A DNA stretch of 64,000 bases from an uncultured cyanobacterium (GTDB lineage: Bacteria; Cyanobacteriota; Cyanobacteriia; PCC-6307; Cyanobiaceae). The stretch is taken from positions 635,216-699,215 of the forward strand of contig CAVXWZ010000002.1 of assembly GCA_963765575.1 (NCBI GenBank). The letters run 5' to 3'. Shown piece by piece: positions 13,080 through 26,914 of the stretch (within the stretch, counting starts at the first letter, position 1; each line of letters starts with the position of its first letter). Under the pieces are notes generated by a model that searched no databases, was not told where the DNA came from, and was given only the letters and a program-made list of their open reading frames with translations. The translations under genes and the position numbers were made by a program.

Positions 13080-16040
13080 GTGGCCTCGCAAGCCGAGCAG
13101 CAGCTGTCGCTCGTGCCCGAGGCCGCCGTGCAGGGCAGCCTGTTCAGCGCGCCCGCCCCGGCATCGCCCGCCTCGGCTGCCGCTGAGCCCGGTCCCCCCA
13201 CCCTTGCCGCCCAGGTCCTCGATGCCCAGGCGCTCGCCGCCGACGCCAGCGCTCGCCCTCGCCGCCGGCGCCAGCCCCCCCCGGCCGCCGCCACCACGCC
13301 AGCGGCGGCTGCAACGCCACCCCTGAACGGGTCCTGCAGCCCACGCGACGCCGAGCCCGCCGCCGACGCCGACGCCAGCGCCGACTCCGACCTGCCCCCC
13401 TGGCACCACCACGGCCTGGTGGATCCCGAGCAGCTGACGCCGATGCTGCGCCACTACGTGCAGCTCAAGCGTGCCCACCCCGAGCGGCTGCTGCTCTACC
13501 GCCTGGGCGACTTCTTCGAGTGCTTCTTCGAGGACGCCCTGACCGTGTCGCGCCTGCTGGAGCTCACCCTCACCGGCAAGGAGGGCGGCAAGGCGATCGG
13601 CCGGGTGCCGATGGCCGGCATCCCCCACCACGCCGCTGAGCGCTACTGCGCCGAGCTGGTGCGCCGCGGCCTCAGCGTCGCCCTCTGTGACCAGCTCGAG
13701 GAGGCCAGCGCCCGCAGCCAGGGCCGCGGCGAGCTGCTGCGCCGCGACATCACCCGCGTGCTCACCCCTGGCACGGTGCTGGAGGAGGGCCTGCTCGCGG
13801 CCCGCCGCAACAACTGGCTCTGCGCCGTGGTCCTCGACGACGGGGCCGGCAGCGACGGCTCGGCCGCCCGCTGGGGCCTGGCGGTGGCCGATGTCAGCAC
13901 CGGCGAATTCCGTGTCAGCGAGCGGCTTGGCAGCGACGCCCTGCACCAGGAGCTGCTGCGGCTGGAGGCCGCCGAGGTGCTCTGGCCCGGCGCCACGGCC
14001 GCAGCCCCGGGCTGGTGTCCCGCCGGCCTGGGCCTCACCCCCCGGCCCCGCACCCCCTTTGAGGCCCCGGAAGCCGCCGCCAGCCTGCGCCAGCGCTTCG
14101 GCCTGGCCAGCCTCGATGGCCTGGGGCTGGGGGAGATGCCCCTGGCCCTGCGCGCCGCCGGCGGCCTGGTGCACTACCTCGATGGCACCCTGGGCGCCCC
14201 CCGGATCGGCGCCGGGGAGGCTGGGCTCGATCAGCGCGTACCGCTGGATCCGCCCACCTGCTGGCACGCCGGCGATGCCCTGGTGCTCGATGCCGCCACC
14301 CGCCGCAACCTCGAGCTCACCCGCACCCAGCTGGGCGGCAGCCTGCAGGGCTCCCTGCTCTGGGCCATCGACCGCACCCACACCGCCATGGGCGGCCGCT
14401 GCCTGCGCCGCTGGCTGGAGGCGCCACTGGTGGAGCACCGAGCGATCCTGGCCCGCCAGGACGGGGTGAGCGAGCTGGTGGGGCAGCGGCCGCTGCGCCT
14501 GGCCCTGCGGCGCCTGTTGCGGCCCATGGGCGACCTGGAGCGGCTGGCGGGCCGGGCCGGGGCCGGCAGCGCCTCGGCCCGCGACCTGGTGGCCCTCGCC
14601 GACGGCCTTGAGCGCCTGCCCCAGCTGGCGGCCCTGCTCGGCGGCGCCAGCAGCGCACCGCTGCGCGAGCTGGCCCGCCCCTGGCCGGAGCTGGCCGCCG
14701 TGGCGGCCGAGCTGCGCCACACCCTGGTCGAGTCCCCGCCGCTGGCCCTCAGCGAGGGCGGGCTGATCCACGACGGCGTCGACGCCCAGCTCGATGGCCT
14801 GCGCAACCAGCTCGACGACCAGGACCGCTGGCTGGCACAACAGGAGGCCAGTGAGCGCAGCCGCAGTGGCATCAGCACCCTGAAGCTTCAGTACCACCGC
14901 ACCTTCGGCTATTTCCTGGCGGTGAGCCGGGCCAAGGCCGCAGCGGTGCCGGAGCACTGGATCCGCCGCCAGACCCTGGCCAACGAGGAGCGCTTCGTCA
15001 CCCCGGAGCTGAAGGCCCGCGAGGGCCGCATCCAGCAGCTGCGGGCCCGGGCCGCCCAGCGCGAATACGAGCTGTTCGGCGCCCTGCGCAGCCGCGTGGG
15101 CCACCAGGCCGCGGCGATCCGCACGGCTGCCCGGCTGGTGGCCGAGCTCGATGCCATCGCCGGGCTGGCGGAGGTGGCCGGCACCGGCGGCTACTGCCGC
15201 CCACAGATCACCGACCCCGACGGCGCCGATGCCCGGGTGGTGCAGATCGAAGCCGGCCGCCATCCGGTGGTGGAACAGCTGCTGGTGGAGCAGGGCTTCA
15301 CCGCCAACGGCATCGCCCTGGGCCGATCGGCGGCACCGGGCAGCGGCAGCGCCGGCGACGCCGACGGCCCCCCCGACCTGCTGATCCTCACCGGCCCCAA
15401 CGCCAGCGGCAAGAGCTGCTATCTGCGCCAGACGGGGCTGCTGCAGCTGATGGCCCAGATGGGCAGCTGGATCCCGGCCCGCTCCGCACGCCTCGGCATC
15501 GCCGACCGCATCTTCACCCGCGTCGGCGCCGGCGACGACCTGGCCGCCGGCCAGTCCACCTTCATGGTGGAGATGGCCGAAACCGCCAACATCCTTCACC
15601 ACGCCACGCCGCGCTCGCTGGTGCTGCTCGATGAGATCGGCCGCGGCACCGCCACCTTCGACGGCCTCTCGATCGCCTGGGCGGTGGCCGAACACCTGGC
15701 CACCGCCATTGGCGCCCGCAGCGTCTTCGCCACCCACTACCACGAGCTCAACGAGCTGGCGGCCCTGCTGCCCAACGTGGCCAACGCCCGGGTGCTGGTG
15801 GAGGAAACCGGCCACGACCTGCGCTTCCTGCACCGGGTGGTGCCCGGCGGCGCCAGCCGCAGCTACGGCATCGAGGCCGCGCGCCTGGCCGGCGTGCCGG
15901 CGCCGGTGGTGCTGCGTGCCCGCCAGGTGCTCGGCCGCATCGAGGCCAACAGCCAGATCAGCCTCGCTCAGCCCGCTTCCGGCGAGACGGGCGCAGACGG
16001 GGACACGGACGGGGACACAGAACGAGGGCTCGCCGCCTGA
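13080..16040 (+). CDS. mutS: DNA mismatch repair protein MutS
   Basis: [59 protein letters not shown]; start uncertain (Pro/Ala-rich N-terminus). Confidence 0.95.
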   Translation: MASQAEQQLSLVPEAAVQGSLFSAPAPASPASAAAEPGPPTLAAQVLDAQALAADASARPRRRRQPPPAAATTPAAAATPPLNGSCSPRDAEPAADADASADSDLPPWHHHGLVDPEQLTPMLRHYVQLKRAHPERLLLYRLGDFFECFFEDALTVSRLLELTLTGKEGGKAIGRVPMAGIPHHAAERYCAELVRRGLSVALCDQLEEASARSQGRGELLRRDITRVLTPGTVLEEGLLAARRNNWLCAVVLDDGAGSDGSAARWGLAVADVSTGEFRVSERLGSDALHQELLRLEAAEVLWPGATAAAPGWCPAGLGLTPRPRTPFEAPEAAASLRQRFGLASLDGLGLGEMPLALRAAGGLVHYLDGTLGAPRIGAGEAGLDQRVPLDPPTCWHAGDALVLDAATRRNLELTRTQLGGSLQGSLLWAIDRTHTAMGGRCLRRWLEAPLVEHRAILARQDGVSELVGQRPLRLALRRLLRPMGDLERLAGRAGAGSASARDLVALADGLERLPQLAALLGGASSAPLRELARPWPELAAVAAELRHTLVESPPLALSEGGLIHDGVDAQLDGLRNQLDDQDRWLAQQEASERSRSGISTLKLQYHRTFGYFLAVSRAKAAAVPEHWIRRQTLANEERFVTPELKAREGRIQQLRARAAQREYELFGALRSRVGHQAAAIRTAARLVAELDAIAGLAEVAGTGGYCRPQITDPDGADARVVQIEAGRHPVVEQLLVEQGFTANGIALGRSAAPGSGSAGDADGPPDLLILTGPNASGKSCYLRQTGLLQLMAQMGSWIPARSARLGIADRIFTRVGAGDDLAAGQSTFMVEMAETANILHHATPRSLVLLDEIGRGTATFDGLSIAWAVAEHLATAIGARSVFATHYHELNELAALLPNVANARVLVEETGHDLRFLHRVVPGGASRSYGIEAARLAGVPAPVVLRARQVLGRIEANSQISLAQPASGETGADGDTDGDTERGLAA

Positions 16041-16705
16041 AGCCAGCCGGCCCGCAGCAGGGCGTTGCAGGCCGCGGCCACCAGGGCGGCACCGCCCTTC
16101 GCCCCCTCCAGCCGGATCTGGGCCAGGCCACTGGCGGCCAGGTGTCGCTTGCTGGCCGCCACCCCCACAAACCCCACCGGCATGCCGATCACCAGGGCCG
16201 GGGCCGGCAGCGCCGCCGCGGCCACCAGCCGCAGCAGCTCCTCGAGGGCCGTGGGCGCACTGCCGATCAGCACCACCGGGGCCTGCCCACAGGAGTCCGG
16301 CCCAGGGCCCTGCAACGCCGCCAGGGCGGCGGCAAGCCCGGCGGCCGCGCGCGTGGAGCCCGCCGGCGCCTGCGGCGGTGCCCAGTCGAGCCCGCAGACC
16401 ACCCGGTTCGCGAAGGTGCGGCCCGCCATCGGCGCCACCGCCGCCGCCGCCATGGCGGTATCGGTGACGATCGGCGCCCCCGATGCCAGCGCCGCCAGGC
16501 CGGCGACACAGGCCCGGGGACTGAAGCGCAGCAGCCAGGCCACCTCCGGGTCGCCGCTGCTGTGGATGCAGCGCTCCAGCACATCGCGCTCGGGGCCGTT
16601 CAGACCCGCCAGCAGCCGCGCCAGCTGGGCATCGCCGCGGGCCTGCTCGGCCAGCAGATCGCGGATCAGCCCAATGCTCTCGGTGAAGATCGGATGGTCG
16701 AGCAC
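15968..16705 (-). CDS. cobH: Precorrin-8X methylmutase
   Basis: [43 protein letters not shown] start 16705. Confidence 0.92.
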   Translation of the reverse strand: MLDHPIFTESIGLIRDLLAEQARGDAQLARLLAGLNGPERDVLERCIHSSGDPEVAWLLRFSPRACVAGLAALASGAPIVTDTAMAAAAVAPMAGRTFANRVVCGLDWAPPQAPAGSTRAAAGLAAALAALQGPGPDSCGQAPVVLIGSAPTALEELLRLVAAAALPAPALVIGMPVGFVGVAASKRHLAASGLAQIRLEGAKGGAALVAAACNALLRAGWLQAASPRSVSPSVSPSAPVSPEAG

Positions 16706-16760
16706 GCCGCCGATTTCTACAGTCCGGCCAGCACCATGGCAGCCCGAGCGTCCTGAGCTG

Positions 16761-17810
16761 ATGCCCATCCACCTGCTCTGGGGCGACGACGAGGCGGCCC
16801 GCACCCGGGCGCTGGATGCCCTGATCGCCGAGCTGGTGGATCCGGCCTGGGCCGCGATCAACCTCAGCCGCCTCGACGGCCAGGAGCCGCTGCAGGCTGC
16901 CCGGGCCCTGGAGGAGGCGCGCACACCCCCATTCGGCGGCGGGGCCCGGGTGGTGGTGCTGCAGCGCAGTCCCTTCTGCAACCAGTGCCCCGCCGAGCTG
17001 GCCGATCAGCTGGAGGCGACCCTGGAGCTGATCCCGCCGAGCTGCCATCTGCTGCTGCTCAACCCGGCCAAGCCCGACGGCCGCCTGCGCACGACCAAGG
17101 CCCTGCAGAAGCGGGCCCGCGCCGGCGCCGACGGGACTGCCACGGCAACAACCACCGCGGTGCAGGAGCGCAGCTTCGCCCTGCCGGCGGTGTGGGATGG
17201 GGCCGGCCAGGTGGAGCTGGTGGCCCGCACGGCCCGGGAGCTGGGGTTGCAGCTGGAGCCGGCGGCCGCCGAGGCCCTGGCGGCCGCCATCGGCAGCGAC
17301 AGCGGCCGCCTGGCCGGCGAACTGGAGAAACTGCGCCTGTTCGCCGCCGGTCCAGGGACCAGTGCCGGGGCCAGCGGCGGCGCAGCGATCAAGCTGGGAG
17401 CGGTGCAGGCCCTGGTGGGCGGCCACAGCACCACCGCCCTGGCGGTGGGCGATGCCCTGCTGGCCGGCCCGCCGGCCGAGGCCATCGCCCTGCTCGACGA
17501 CCTGCTGGCGGCCGGCGAGCCGGCGCTGCGCATCGTGGCCGCCCTCAGCAGCCAGATCCGCGGCTGGCTGTGGGTGGCCCTGCTCGATCGCCAGGGCGAG
17601 CAGGACGTGGCCGCGATCGCCAAAGCGGCGGGCATCGGCAACCCCAGGCGCATCTACGTGCTGCGCCGCCAGATCCGCGGCCGCAGCCCCGAGCGCTTCC
17701 TGCGGCTGCTGGGCCAGCTGCTGGAGGTGGAGGCCGACCTCAAACGGGGCGCCGAAGCGGGCGCCGCTTTCCGCGATGGCTTCCTGCTGGGCACCGCCGC
17801 AGCGGGCTGA
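16761..17810 (+). CDS. holA: DNA polymerase III delta subunit
   Basis: MPIHLLWGDD, ARTPPFGGG, ELEKL, EPALRIVA, GNPRRIY. Confidence 0.9.
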   Translation: MPIHLLWGDDEAARTRALDALIAELVDPAWAAINLSRLDGQEPLQAARALEEARTPPFGGGARVVVLQRSPFCNQCPAELADQLEATLELIPPSCHLLLLNPAKPDGRLRTTKALQKRARAGADGTATATTTAVQERSFALPAVWDGAGQVELVARTARELGLQLEPAAAEALAAAIGSDSGRLAGELEKLRLFAAGPGTSAGASGGAAIKLGAVQALVGGHSTTALAVGDALLAGPPAEAIALLDDLLAAGEPALRIVAALSSQIRGWLWVALLDRQGEQDVAAIAKAAGIGNPRRIYVLRRQIRGRSPERFLRLLGQLLEVEADLKRGAEAGAAFRDGFLLGTAAAG

Positions 17811-17864
17811 GGGCAGATAATCGGGCCGATCGATGTGCAGACCGTGTTGGGCGGCTGCGGTGCC

Positions 17865-19718
17865 ATGGCCCTGCTGGTTCAGAAGTTCGGCGGCACCTCG
17901 GTGGCCGACGTGGAGCGCATCCAGGCGGTGGCCAGGCGCGTCGCCCGCTGCCGGGAGGACGGCCACGAGCTGGTGGTCGTGGTCTCGGCGATGGGTCACA
18001 CCACCGACCAGCTCAGCGGCCTGGCGCGGGCGATCTGCAGCGACCCGCCCCAGCGCGAGCTGGACATGCTGCTCTCCACCGGTGAGCAGGTCTCGATCGC
18101 CCTGCTGTCGATGGCCCTGCACTCCCAGGGGGTGCCGGCCGTGTCGATGACCGGCACCCAGGCCGGCATCGTCACCGAATCGGCCCACGGCCGCGCCCGC
18201 ATCCTGGAGATCCGCACCGAGCGGCTGCGGCGGCTGCTCGACGACGGCCAGGTGGTGGTGGTGGCGGGCTTCCAGGGCACCAGCAGCGGCCAGGCCGGCA
18301 CGCCCGAGATCACCACCCTGGGCCGGGGCGGCTCCGACACCTCGGCGGTGGCCCTGGCGGCGGCCCTGGGCGCCGAGGCCTGCGAGATCTACACCGACGT
18401 GCCGGGGGTGCTCACGACCGATCCGCGGCGGGTGGCCGACGCCCAGTTCCTGGACACGGTGACCTGCGACGAGATGCTGGAGCTGGCCAGCCTGGGGGCC
18501 GCGGTGCTGCATCCCCGCGCCGTGGAGATCGCCCGCAACTACGGCGTGCCGCTGGTGGTGCGCTCCAGCTGGAGCGAGGCCCCGGGCACCAGGCTCACCA
18601 GCGGCGCCCCCCAGCCGATCGGCAGCGGCGGGCTGGAACTGGGCAAGCCCGTGGACGGCGCCCAGCTGGAGACCCGGCAGGCCGTGGTGGCCCTCTCCCA
18701 TGTGCCCGACTGCCCCGGGGTGGCCGCCCAGCTGTTTGAGGCCCTCGGCGCCGCCGACCTCAACGTCGACCTGATCGTGCAGGCCACCCATGAGGGCGGT
18801 GCCAACGGCGGCTTCACCAACGACATTGCCTTCACCCTGCCGGAGCACCACCTCGAGCGGGCTGCCCTGGTGTGCCGGAAGGTACTCGGCGCCCTCGGGG
18901 CCGTGCTGGAGGAGAGCCCCGCCGGCGGCGGCGCCCGCCTGCGCGGTGAAGGGGGGCTGGCCAAGCTGAGCATCTCCGGCGCCGGGATCATGGGCCGGCC
19001 TGGCGTGGCCGCCCGCCTCTTCGACACCCTGGCCCGCTGCGGCATCAACCTGCGCCTGATCGCCACCAGCGAGGTCAAGGTGAGCTGCCTGGTGGCCGGC
19101 GAGCAGGGCCAGCGCGCCCTGCGGGCCGCCGCCGAGGCCTTCGAGCTGCACGAGGACCAGCTGCAGCACAACCCCGAGCTCTGCCGCCTGGAGGCCCCGG
19201 CGGTGCGCGGGGTGGCCCTCGATCGCGACCAGGCCCAGGTGGCCGTGCGGCGGCTGCCGGACCGCCCCGGCACCGCCGCCGCTGTCTGCCGCGCCTTGGC
19301 CGATGCGGGCATCAGTCTGGATGCCATCGTGCAGTCGGAGCGCACCCACGGCGAGGGCAGCCAGCTCAGCCGCGACATGAGCTTCACCCTGCGCCGCGAT
19401 GAGCGCGTCCGGGCCGAGCAGGCCCTGGCGCCCCTGTTGCGCCAGTGGCCTGGCTCCCGATTCGAGGAGGGTCCGGCCATTGCCCGGGTCAGCGCCGTGG
19501 GGGCAGGCATGCCCTGCATCCCGGGCACGGCGGCGCGCATGTTCCGCAGCCTGGCGGAAGCGGCGATCAACATCGAGATGATCGCCACCAGCGAGATCCG
19601 CACCAGCTGTGTGGTGGCCGCCGCCGACGGCGTGCGCGCCCTGCAGACGGTTCACAGCGCCTTCGAGCTCGGCGGCGCTGTGGTGCACCGGGTCGAGGGC
19701 AGTGAGGCGCCCGCCTGA
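17865..19718 (+). CDS. lysC: Aspartate kinase with C-terminal ACT domains
   Basis: [26 protein letters not shown], two ATSE(V/I) ACT motifs. Confidence 0.96.
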   Translation: MALLVQKFGGTSVADVERIQAVARRVARCREDGHELVVVVSAMGHTTDQLSGLARAICSDPPQRELDMLLSTGEQVSIALLSMALHSQGVPAVSMTGTQAGIVTESAHGRARILEIRTERLRRLLDDGQVVVVAGFQGTSSGQAGTPEITTLGRGGSDTSAVALAAALGAEACEIYTDVPGVLTTDPRRVADAQFLDTVTCDEMLELASLGAAVLHPRAVEIARNYGVPLVVRSSWSEAPGTRLTSGAPQPIGSGGLELGKPVDGAQLETRQAVVALSHVPDCPGVAAQLFEALGAADLNVDLIVQATHEGGANGGFTNDIAFTLPEHHLERAALVCRKVLGALGAVLEESPAGGGARLRGEGGLAKLSISGAGIMGRPGVAARLFDTLARCGINLRLIATSEVKVSCLVAGEQGQRALRAAAEAFELHEDQLQHNPELCRLEAPAVRGVALDRDQAQVAVRRLPDRPGTAAAVCRALADAGISLDAIVQSERTHGEGSQLSRDMSFTLRRDERVRAEQALAPLLRQWPGSRFEEGPAIARVSAVGAGMPCIPGTAARMFRSLAEAAINIEMIATSEIRTSCVVAAADGVRALQTVHSAFELGGAVVHRVEGSEAPA

Positions 19719-19723
19719 TCAGC

Positions 19724-21733
<2,010 letters not shown>

Positions 21734-21817
21734 GCCCACCATTGTCGGCGACCGGGGCAACCTCCGCGGTGCGCCAGACGGCGCAATGGCCGCCCCGAAC
21801 GCCAATGGGCGGACGGA

Positions 21818-22246
21818 TCAGGCCGCCGCGGCCTGGCTCATCAGCGCCGAGACGCGGGTGAAGCCCACGTCAAGGCCGAGCATGCGCAGGATGATCGCCG
21901 ACAGCACCGCGTAGACCACCCCGCCGAGCAGGGCGCTGAGCAGACCGCGCTTGAGCCGGAAGCCCTGGATCAGGGCCGCCGCCAGGCCAAACAGGATCAC
22001 CGTGATCAGCCAGTTGAACAGCAGGCTCACCGGGCTGATCAGCCCCCCCAGACTGGTCACCGCCCAGACCGGCCCGAGCAGAAGCTTCAGGGGCCAGATC
22101 AGCAGGGTGCCGAGCAGGCCGATCACCGCGGCGGAGAGCAGGGCGATGGGGAAGCTGCTCACTTCCACGCCCAGGGGCAACCAGGCCACGATCAGCAGAA
22201 CCAACGCGCGAATCGGCCACTGCAGCAGCCACACCAGGGAACCCAT
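21818..22246 (-). CDS. Four-TM membrane protein (phage-holin 4_2/YvlD-like)
   Basis: Hydrophobic 142-aa ORF with ALLSAAVIGLL..LIWP and GFRL..LSALLG pattern. Confidence 0.7.
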   Translation of the reverse strand: MGSLVWLLQWPIRALVLLIVAWLPLGVEVSSFPIALLSAAVIGLLGTLLIWPLKLLLGPVWAVTSLGGLISPVSLLFNWLITVILFGLAAALIQGFRLKRGLLSALLGGVVYAVLSAIILRMLGLDVGFTRVSALMSQAAAA

Positions 22247-22319
22247 GGGGGGGAGGGGAGTCAGGCGGCGTCAACCTAGACGCGGATCCAGCCCCCGCAA
22301 CCCCAGGCGCGGATGGCCG

Positions 22320-23108
22320 TTACAGGCGCGAGGCCGCAGCGGCGGCAAGCGGCAGCGTGGCTTGAAGCGTCTCGCGCAGGCCGCGCACCACGGCCACCAT
22401 CGCCAGCTCGTCGTCGAGGCGGTTCACGGCCGAGCCCACACCCACACCGGCGGCGCCGGCGGCGATCGCCATCGGCACCGTGACAGCCGAGAGCCCCGAC
22501 GCGCAGAGCACGGGCACCTCCAGGCCAGCGGCGGCCAGGGCCCGGGCAATGCCGTGGGTGGCGGCCAGGGTGGGGGCGGCCTTTTCGATCAGGCCCAGGC
22601 TGCCGGGGCTGCAGGGGCGGGCACTGGTGCCGCCCTCGGTCTGGATCAGGTCGGCGCCGGCGGCCACCAGCTCCAGCGCCAGCTGGTCCTGCTGATCCAA
22701 CGGCAGCACGTGCGGCACGGTGACGCTCAGCACCACCTCCCCCAGCAGCGCGCGGCTGCGGCGCGTGAGCTCCAGCACCTCGGCGGCATCGAACAGCCGG
22801 CCGAGGGGATAGAAGGCGTCGTAGTTGCCGATCTCCACCAGGGCGGCGCCGGCCGCCACCGCCGCCGGGAAGAGTTCGGGATCCACCGCCGACACGCAGA
22901 TGGGCAGGCCGCTGGCGGCGGCGGCGGCACGCACCAGCTCGGGATCACAGGCGATGTCGATCAGGTCGGCGCCGCCCTGGCCAGCGGCGCGGGCGATGCG
23001 GGTCACACGGGCGGCATCAAAGTTGGTGAGCCCGGCGATCACCTTGAGCAGACGGCGCTGGGCGAGGGCGGAGCGCAGCGGAGCGGGCAGGCGATCGAGA
23101 CGCGACAT
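22320..23108 (-). CDS. ycf23: DUF561 / Ycf23 family protein
   Basis: LKVIAGLTNFD, EIGNYDAFY, IQTEGG, SGLSAVT, GVGVGSAVN. Confidence 0.85.
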   Translation of the reverse strand: MSRLDRLPAPLRSALAQRRLLKVIAGLTNFDAARVTRIARAAGQGGADLIDIACDPELVRAAAAASGLPICVSAVDPELFPAAVAAGAALVEIGNYDAFYPLGRLFDAAEVLELTRRSRALLGEVVLSVTVPHVLPLDQQDQLALELVAAGADLIQTEGGTSARPCSPGSLGLIEKAAPTLAATHGIARALAAAGLEVPVLCASGLSAVTVPMAIAAGAAGVGVGSAVNRLDDELAMVAVVRGLRETLQATLPLAAAAASRL

Positions 23109-23130
23109 GCCGGGGGAAGCACAGTGGAGG

Positions 23131-24168
23131 GTGATTCTCCCACCCCAAGCCACGGCCTCCTGGAGCGGCGACCACCACCGCCTGCATCGCCTGCTGCGGC
23201 GCCACCCCGCTCTGCTGCCGGCCGGTGCCCCCCTGCTGCTGGCGGTGTCAGGCGGGCAAGACTCCATGGCCCTGCTGGGGCTGCTGCTGGATCTGCGGGC
23301 CCGCCACGGTTGGCGGCTGACCCTCTGGCACGGCGATCACCGCTGGCGGCCCGAGGCGGCGGCCCAGGCCACCGAGCTGCTGGGCTGGGCGCAGCAGCGG
23401 GGCCTGCCGGCACTGCTGGACCGCTGGCAGCGACCACCCGAGCAGCGGCCCACGGAGGCCGCGGCACGGCACTGGCGCTACGAACAGCTGGCCCAGCGGG
23501 CCCGGGAGCTGGACTGCACCCGCGTGCTCACCGGCCACACCGCCAGTGACCGGGCCGAGACGCTGCTGCTCAACCTGGCTCGGGGCAGCCACCGCCGCGG
23601 CCTGGCCAGCCTGAGGCTGCGGCGGCCCCTGCAGGGCCCCATCGAGCTGGTGCGGCCGCTGCTGGAGTTCGACCGGCGCGACACGGGGCGGATCTGCCAG
23701 GCGCTGCAGCTGCCGCTCTGGGTCGATGCCAGCAACGCCGACGGGCGCTTCAGCCGCAACCGCCTGCGCCTGGAGGTGGGGCCGGCGCTCGATGCCCTGC
23801 ACCCGGGCGCCGATCGGCGCATCGCCCGGGTGGCCGAACAGCTGGCCCAGGCAGAGGACGCCGCCGCAGAACTGCTGCAGCTGGCCCTGCAACCCCTGCT
23901 GACGCCGGCAGCGGCGGGCGCGACCGGCATGGCGCTGCTACGCCGGCCCCTGGCGGAGCTGCAGCGCTGCAATCAGGCCCAGCTGCTGCAGCACTGGCTG
24001 GAGCAGATCAGCGGCCGGCGCTGGCCGGCCCGCAGCCTGGACGCGCTGCTCGACCGGCTGTCGCCCGAACTCGGGCCGGGCCGCGCCGAGCTCGGCGATG
24101 GATGGCAGCTGCGCTGGCAGGGACCCACACTGTGGCTCTGCCGAGCTCCCACCCCCGCAGAGCCATGA
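23131..24168 (+). CDS. tilS: tRNA(Ile)-lysidine synthase
   Basis: AVSGGQDS PP-loop, EAAARHWRY, TGHTASDRAET, RNRLR. Confidence 0.94.
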   Translation: MILPPQATASWSGDHHRLHRLLRRHPALLPAGAPLLLAVSGGQDSMALLGLLLDLRARHGWRLTLWHGDHRWRPEAAAQATELLGWAQQRGLPALLDRWQRPPEQRPTEAAARHWRYEQLAQRARELDCTRVLTGHTASDRAETLLLNLARGSHRRGLASLRLRRPLQGPIELVRPLLEFDRRDTGRICQALQLPLWVDASNADGRFSRNRLRLEVGPALDALHPGADRRIARVAEQLAQAEDAAAELLQLALQPLLTPAAAGATGMALLRRPLAELQRCNQAQLLQHWLEQISGRRWPARSLDALLDRLSPELGPGRAELGDGWQLRWQGPTLWLCRAPTPAEP

Positions 24169-24785
24169 GCCTCACACCCGAGATCCTGCAGCAGCGCTAC
24201 GCCACCATCGAACGCCTGTACAGCGAGCGGCAGTGGCCCCAGGTGGAGGCCCTCAGCGAAGCGCTGCTGCGCGAGCTGCCGTCCGGATCGGACGACCCGG
24301 TGCGGCTGCGGCTGCAGCTGCTGCTGGGCCACACGCGCCTCTACGGCATGGGCGCGGTGGTGGATGCCCGCAACCACTACCAGAGCGTGCTGGACCACTG
24401 CAGCGAAACCACCCTGCGCGAGATCGCCCAGCAGGGCCTGCAGCAGTGCCGGCAGGTGGAGGAGGGCCGGGGCCTGCAGGACATCGCTGAACCGGCAGCC
24501 ATCACCGGGGCGGCAGCTGTGGCCGGCGGAGCTGCGGCCATGCCCTGGATGGACGAGCTGGAGGTGGACGTGGTGGAGGAGCCGGAGCAACTGGAGGTGG
24601 CTCAGGCCAATCCCGGGCGCGCCCAGGACCTGGAACTGGAGGATGTGGCTGTGCTGAACGCTGCCAGCGCAAGCGGGCGACCCGCCCGTCGCCAGATCGA
24701 TCGTCTCGCCTTCGACCCCACCCGCCTCAGCGCCCGGGAGCTGGAGGAGCTCAGCCGGGGACTGCTGCGGGTGAGGCTGACCTGA
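24165..24785 (+). CDS. Hypothetical protein, TPR-like N-terminus
   Basis: ATGA overlap with tilS stop; helical N-terminus; C-terminal ELSRGLLRVRL. Confidence 0.7.
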   Translation: MSLTPEILQQRYATIERLYSERQWPQVEALSEALLRELPSGSDDPVRLRLQLLLGHTRLYGMGAVVDARNHYQSVLDHCSETTLREIAQQGLQQCRQVEEGRGLQDIAEPAAITGAAAVAGGAAAMPWMDELEVDVVEEPEQLEVAQANPGRAQDLELEDVAVLNAASASGRPARRQIDRLAFDPTRLSARELEELSRGLLRVRLT

Positions 24786-24810
24786 GGCCCGACGGCCTCA
24801 GCGGGCGCCC

Positions 24811-26829
24811 TCAGCTGGCGCCGGCGGCTGAGCGACGCCGGCGGGTGCGGCCGGCGAATTCCGGCTCCTGAACGGGCGCCGGGGCACTGCTGGCGACGGG
24901 AGCTGCCGGAGCGGCAGCCGCAGCACCGACGGTCGCCAGCTGGCGCTCCGGCTGGGGCCGGGGGGCGCGATCCTGACGGGCGGTGGGCCGCTCCGCGGGA
25001 CGATCGGAACGGGTTGGGCGACCAGCGTCGCGACCGCCCCGACCCCGCGGAGCCGGGCGGGAGTCGGGTTCGGCGTCGGCCCGGCCCTTGTACACCGGGG
25101 TGCCGGCGGGGGCGGGCTGCACCAGGCAGAGGATCAGCGGCTCCACCTGCAGCTCCCGGCGCAGGCGGCGCTGCAGGCCGAGTTCCACCTCGCGCTGCAC
25201 GCCCACCCAGTCCACATCGGGAGCCTGGCCGTCACTGGTGCGGCAGAGCTGCTTCCAGCGGTTCTCCAGCACCCAGGTGATCTCCCGCTCGGCCCAGAGG
25301 CTGAGCTTGCGGGGGTCGGCACTGGTCACCACCCCGCGCAGGGTCACCCGCGGCGGTGCCGCCATCGCGCCATCGGTGCTGATCGCCGCCAGCAGGGTGA
25401 TCACGCCGTCCTCAGCCAGTTGCTGGCGCTCCTTCAGCACGCGCCCATCGACGATGCCGTTGCGGGAGGCATCAAGCAGTTCGATACCGGCCTTCACCGG
25501 CTCGCCGCGGCGGATCGAATCCGGGGTGAGCTCCACCACGTCACCGTTATCGATGATCAGCATGTTGTCGGCCGGCACGCCCATCGACTGGGCCGTGCGG
25601 CTGTGGCACACGAGCATGCGGTGCTCACCGTGCACCGGCACAAAGAACTTCGGCTTGGCGAGGGCAAGCATCAGCTTGTGGTCCTCCTGGAAGCCGTGGC
25701 CCGAGACGTGGATGCCCTCACCCTTGCCATAGACAACCTTGGCGCCCAGCATCATCAGGCGGTCGATGGTGTTGACCACCGAGATGGTGTTGCCGGGAAT
25801 GGGGTTGGCGGAAAAGATGATGGTGTCGCTGGACTTGACCTGCACCTGGGGGTGGTCACCGCGGGAGATGCGGCTCAGGGCTGCCAGCGGCTCACCCTGA
25901 CTGCCGGTCATCAGCAGCAGGGTTTCACGATCCGGCAGGTCGCGGATCTGCTTGATCGGCACGAACAGATCGTCGGGGGCACGCATGTAGCCAAGCTCCC
26001 GGGCCTTGGCAATCACGTTGAGCATCGAACGGCCCAGCAGACCCACCTTGCGGCCGTTCTTGATGGCCAGCTCCAGGATCATCGACACCCGGTGAATCGA
26101 GCTGGCAAAGGTGGTGATGATCACCCGGCCCTGGGCCTGGGAGATTTGCCGGTCCAGGTTGGGGAACACCGAACGCTCGGACGGGCAGAAGCCCGGAACC
26201 TCCGCATTGGTGGAATCGCTGAACAGGCACAGCACCCCCTGTTCGCCGTAGTGGGCCAGGCGCGCCATGTCAAAGGTCTCGCCATCAACCGGCGTATGGT
26301 CAAACTTGAAGTCACCGGTGAAGATCACCGTGCCCACCGGGGTGGTGATGGCCAGCGAGAAGCTGTCCGCCATCGAGTGGGTGTTGCGGATGAATTCCAC
26401 CGAGAAGTGCTGGCCCACCTTCACCACGTCTCGTGGCGCCACGGTCTTGAGGATGGTGCGGTCCATCACACCGGCCTCCTCCATCTTGCCGGTGAGCAGG
26501 GACAGGGCCAGACGCGGCCCATGGATCACGGGAATGTTGAAGTTCTTGAGGTGGTGGGCAATACCACCGATGTGGTCTTCGTGACCGTGGGTCACGATCA
26601 TGCCGCGGATGCGCTTCTGGTTCTCTTTCAGATAGCTGGTATCCGGCATGACAACGTTGACACCGTGCATGCCATCGCTGGGGAAGGACAGGCCGGCATC
26701 CACCAGCATGATGTCGTCGCCGTACTCAAAAACGCAGGTGTTCTTGCCGATCTCGTGCAGGCCGCCGAGGGGAATCACCCGCAGGGCCGGCTGCTTGGAA
26801 CCTTGATTGCTGCCGTTGGAACTGGACAT
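24811..26829 (-). CDS. rnj: Ribonuclease J
   Basis: PLGGLHEIGKN, THGHEDHIG, GDFKFD, HVSGH, PVHGE. Confidence 0.97.
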   Translation of the reverse strand: MSSSNGSNQGSKQPALRVIPLGGLHEIGKNTCVFEYGDDIMLVDAGLSFPSDGMHGVNVVMPDTSYLKENQKRIRGMIVTHGHEDHIGGIAHHLKNFNIPVIHGPRLALSLLTGKMEEAGVMDRTILKTVAPRDVVKVGQHFSVEFIRNTHSMADSFSLAITTPVGTVIFTGDFKFDHTPVDGETFDMARLAHYGEQGVLCLFSDSTNAEVPGFCPSERSVFPNLDRQISQAQGRVIITTFASSIHRVSMILELAIKNGRKVGLLGRSMLNVIAKARELGYMRAPDDLFVPIKQIRDLPDRETLLLMTGSQGEPLAALSRISRGDHPQVQVKSSDTIIFSANPIPGNTISVVNTIDRLMMLGAKVVYGKGEGIHVSGHGFQEDHKLMLALAKPKFFVPVHGEHRMLVCHSRTAQSMGVPADNMLIIDNGDVVELTPDSIRRGEPVKAGIELLDASRNGIVDGRVLKERQQLAEDGVITLLAAISTDGAMAAPPRVTLRGVVTSADPRKLSLWAEREITWVLENRWKQLCRTSDGQAPDVDWVGVQREVELGLQRRLRRELQVEPLILCLVQPAPAGTPVYKGRADAEPDSRPAPRGRGGRDAGRPTRSDRPAERPTARQDRAPRPQPERQLATVGAAAAAPAAPVASSAPAPVQEPEFAGRTRRRRSAAGAS

Positions 26830-26914
26830 GTAGGAATGGCTTGAAAAGGATTGGTTGAAAAGGCTCCGATGCGCTGTCTCGATGACAGGCCCTGAGCGGG
26901 GATCAGCCTTGGCG

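Noticed and set aside
13056..19688. 2210-aa minus-strand ORF and similar long antisense ORFs (35963-39022, 31123-33969, 19991-22279, 53472-55433)
   Set aside because: Shadow frames opposite well-supported genes; high GC3 codon bias removes antisense stops and no motifs are present.
21818..22246. Holin as evidence of a prophage
   Set aside because: Embedded in core genes with host codon usage; no phage genes nearby.
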